Assembly (NCBI RefSeq): GCF_004010195.1 | Contig: NC_057746.1 | Span: 12,951,812 to 12,986,725 of the forward strand | Origin: Chiloscyllium plagiosum | Lineage: Eukaryota | Direction of reading: 5' to 3' | DNA: 34,914 bases | Part shown: positions 31,896 to 34,914 of the stretch, one piece after another | How the letters are laid out: every line of letters begins with the position of its first letter | Numbering within the stretch: the first letter of the stretch is position 1 | Made by a program: the position numbers and the translations under genes | The notes under the pieces: generated by a model | Told to the model about the DNA's origin: nothing | Database searches by the model: none | Seen by the model: the letters and a program-made list of their open reading frames with translations, nothing else

Positions 31896-33646
31896 GCAAA
31901 AGCATAATCAGGGAAAGAATAGGACCCCTTAAAAATCAATGAAGTCGTCTATGTGTGGTGCCACATGAAACAGCGCAAATCCTAAATGAATAATTCTTGT
32001 CAGTATTTACCATGCAGAAAGATATAGAAATTAGGGAATTCCAGGAAACAAATAGTGATGTCATGAATAGAGTCTACATTGTAGAACAGGAGTTGCTGGA
32101 AGTCCTAAGATGTATCAAGACCGATAATTTCTTGAACATCATCACGTGTATCTCAGGACAATGTGGGAAACTAATGGAGAAATTACTGGGCCCTTGCCAG
32201 AGACACTTGTATCATTAATAGCCACAGGTGATGTGCTGGAAGCACGGAGGGTGGCTAATGTTGCGTCATTTTTAAAAGAAAGTTAGCAAGGAAAAACCAT
32301 GGCATTACAGACTGGTTTAACATAATGTCAGTGGTTGTAAGTTATTCGAGGGGATTCTTAGAGATGGCATTGACAAGCATTTGGAAAGGCAAGGACTAAT
32401 TAGAAATAGTCACCATGGCTTTGTATGTCGGAAATCATTTCTCAAACATTTGACTGATTCTTTTGAAGAGGTGACAAAGTATCTAGATGAAGGCACAGTG
32501 ATATACTTTGTCTGCATGGGTTTTACTGACATCTTTGCCAAGATTCCATATGGTAGACTGATTAATAGGGTTAGATCACATCGAATCAAGGGAGAGATAG
32601 CCAGTTGGATACAAACTTGATTTGATGGTAGGAGACAGAGTGAAGATTGTTGTTTCAATTTGAGACCTGTGGCCAGCAGTGTGCGACAAGGATCAATGCT
32701 GGGTTTATTGTTGTTCATCAATTATACCATTGATTTTGACGAGAATGTAGGAGACATGATTAGTAAACTAGGGGATGACACCGTAATTGGCAGTGTAGTG
32801 GACAATGAAGAAGTTCATCTCAGAGTATAACAGAATCTTGACTAACGAGAGCAGTGGACAGAGGAATACCAGATGAAATTCAATGCATATAAATTTCTGA
32901 CATTACATTTTGGGAAGACACACCAGGACAGGACTTGCAGTTAATGGTAGGACCCTGAGGAGTGTTGTCAGATCAGTCTTAGGGGTGATTGGACGTAGTT
33001 TCTTTGAAGTGGTGATACAGGTAGAAAGGCTGGTGAAGATGGCACTTGGCATCCATGCCTTCATCAGGCAAAGTCTTCAGTCCAGGAATTGAGATGTCAT
33101 GTTACAGCTGTAAAAGACATTGGTGAGGAAACATTTGGAGTACTGTCGGAAGGATGTTATTAAATTGGACAGAGTGCAAAAAAAATGATTTACAAGGATG
33201 TTACTGAGACTGGAAGTCTTGAATTATAAGCAGAGGTTGAATAGGCTGGGACGTTTTCCCAAAGAGCGTAGGAGGCCGACAGGTGATCGTATAGAGTAAT
33301 ATAATATTGAGCAGCATACCTAAGGTGGAAAGACAAGGCCTTTTCACCACAGTATGGAACTCCAAACCTACAGGGCATAGGTTTAATGTGAGTGTAAAGA
33401 TTTAAAAGCAACCTAAGGGACAAATTTTCATACAGATGGTTGTGTGTGTATGGATCAAGTTGCCAGTGAAAGTGGTGAATGTGGGTACAGTTACAAAAGT
33501 TAAAAGACATTTCAACAGCTACATGGCTAGGAATGTTTTAGAGGGATATCGGCCAAATACAATCAAATGGGACTAGTTCAGTTTCGGAAAACTGGTCAGT
33601 ACAGACAATTTTGCAGAAATGCCTGTTCCCTTGCTGTATGACTCCA
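31896..33646 (+). mobile_element. Decayed CR1-type LINE, ~1.75-kb 3' portion
   Basis: LERQGLIRNSHHGFV...FEEVTKYLDEG...KIPYGRL, VRQGSMLG and GDDT remnants; ends in a CR1-like tail GCTGTATGACTCC. Confidence 0.88.
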
Positions 33647-34515
33647 TCTTCTGTAAAATGTCTCAAGTGTTGTTTGCCATTATACACTCCATAAACCTAA
33701 GGTCATATTGACTTCACAAAATTCAAGAGGTCCTCGTAAAGACAGGGAAAACTCTGTTCCACAGGGAATGTTGGTACTGCCACTGAATTCTCTTATCAAG
33801 TGAACAGAAATGATGCACTATGATTAAATGGAATCTTGAGCCGGAGAGCCAATGTATAAAATTCAGTATGAATGCAAGAACTTGTGCACAGCTCATTATC
33901 ATAGTCGAGTCCTGGGTGTGATTAATCGAAGTACTACGAGCAGAATCAACCCCTACTGTCAAATGTCACTACATTGTGATAATAGGTTGAGTGAATGGGT
34001 AAATAATTTGCCATGTACAAAATATTCTGCTGTACAGAGAGCTTCCCGTCAATTAAACCTACTCTTTGACTCCACATGCTCTGAGTTTCGTCATGAATGT
34101 ACTATATTCTCACTGATTGAAGGTCTTTAAAAAACACAAACATGTTACATCTCCTGCGTTACCCTTATCTACCTTTCCTGTTACTGTTCAAAGTATTAAG
34201 AATGGACACTTTCTATTTTGAAATAAGCACTGGCGGTTTTATTTTAAATCCTATTTGCTGTTCCTTGGAGTCAATTCTCTATTTGAATATAGATTTCACA
34301 CCACTATTATGTAGTTCCTTATACATAATTTATTGTATTAGTTTTAGTTCCCTTTTTATTTATCAAAAATGCATTTAGAAATCTCCTGTTGACTTGTTTC
34401 TCTGTTGAACAGTGCTTCTGAAAGGGATACTGGAGTTCTAAGAATGAAAGCAACCAATGATCCAGTATTCCGGTATGAACAGAAGCCAAAATAAATAGGA
34501 TTGAATTCATCTGAT

Positions 34516-34914
34516 TCAGTCTTGTGCATAATTAACACTAGCAATAATAGAAGATTCAAGCCCCTTCAATCTCACGTGAACTTGCTGGTGTCTCTGTAAA
34601 TTAGAAGATCGACTAAATCCCTTCTCACACACTGAGCAGATGAATGGCCTTTCTCCAGTGTGAACCCGCTGATGTGTCAAAAGCTCAGATGACAGTGTAA
34701 ATCTCTTCTGACACACAGGGCAGATAAAAGGCCGCTCCCCAGTGTATACACCCTGGTGTGTCAGCTGGTGGGATACATCGGTGAATCTCTTCCCACTCAT
34801 AGAGCATGGAAATGGCCTTTCCCCTGTGTGAATTCTCTGGTGTGCAATTAGATGAGGTGACTTTCTGAATCCCTTCCCACAATGAATGCAAGTGAATGGT
34901 CTCTCATCAGTGTG
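34516..34914 (-). CDS. C2H2 (Kruppel-type) zinc-finger protein, C-terminal 4 fingers (5'-partial)
   Basis: Open frame from the window edge: [113 protein letters not shown]...QD*. TGERP linkers; candidate AATAAA on - at 34355-34360 and 34329-34334. Confidence 0.93.
   Translation of the reverse strand, partial: HTDERPFTCIHCGKGFRKSPHLIAHQRIHTGERPFPCSMSGKRFTDVSHQLTHQGVYTGERPFICPVCQKRFTLSSELLTHQRVHTGERPFICSVCEKGFSRSSNLQRHQQVHVRLKGLESSIIASVNYAQD

Overview
Repeat-dense vertebrate genomic DNA, almost certainly from a cartilaginous fish (shark). The repeat types suggest this: HE1-type V-SINEs, CR1/HER1-type LINEs, Penelope-like elements and a GPR139-like receptor remnant. There are two N gaps. The main gene is a + strand MHC class I heavy-chain-like gene. 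Visible exons are alpha2 (6867-7142), alpha3 (7260-7537), transmembrane (16956-17063), two cytoplasmic exons (17496-17528, 18054-18089) and a probable 3'UTR exon (18252 to ~19370). I found no leader or alpha1 exon; they are probably upstream of the window. The alpha2 domain keeps the classical peptide-anchoring residues but has lost both disulfide cysteines. Alpha3 carries a 1-nt frameshift in a G run, so the gene is a pseudogene, a null allele or a sequencing error. Its 9.4-kb alpha3-TM intron holds an internally deleted Gypsy LTR element with nested CR1 and SINE insertions, plus a TSD-flanked SINE-LINE chimera. Downstream are a GPR139-like GPCR pseudogene fragment, Penelope-like elements with minimal hammerhead-ribozyme motifs, many decayed LINEs, and the 3' end of a - strand C2H2 zinc-finger gene at the right edge. 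Repeat boundaries were read by eye and are approximate; exon boundaries were checked base by base.
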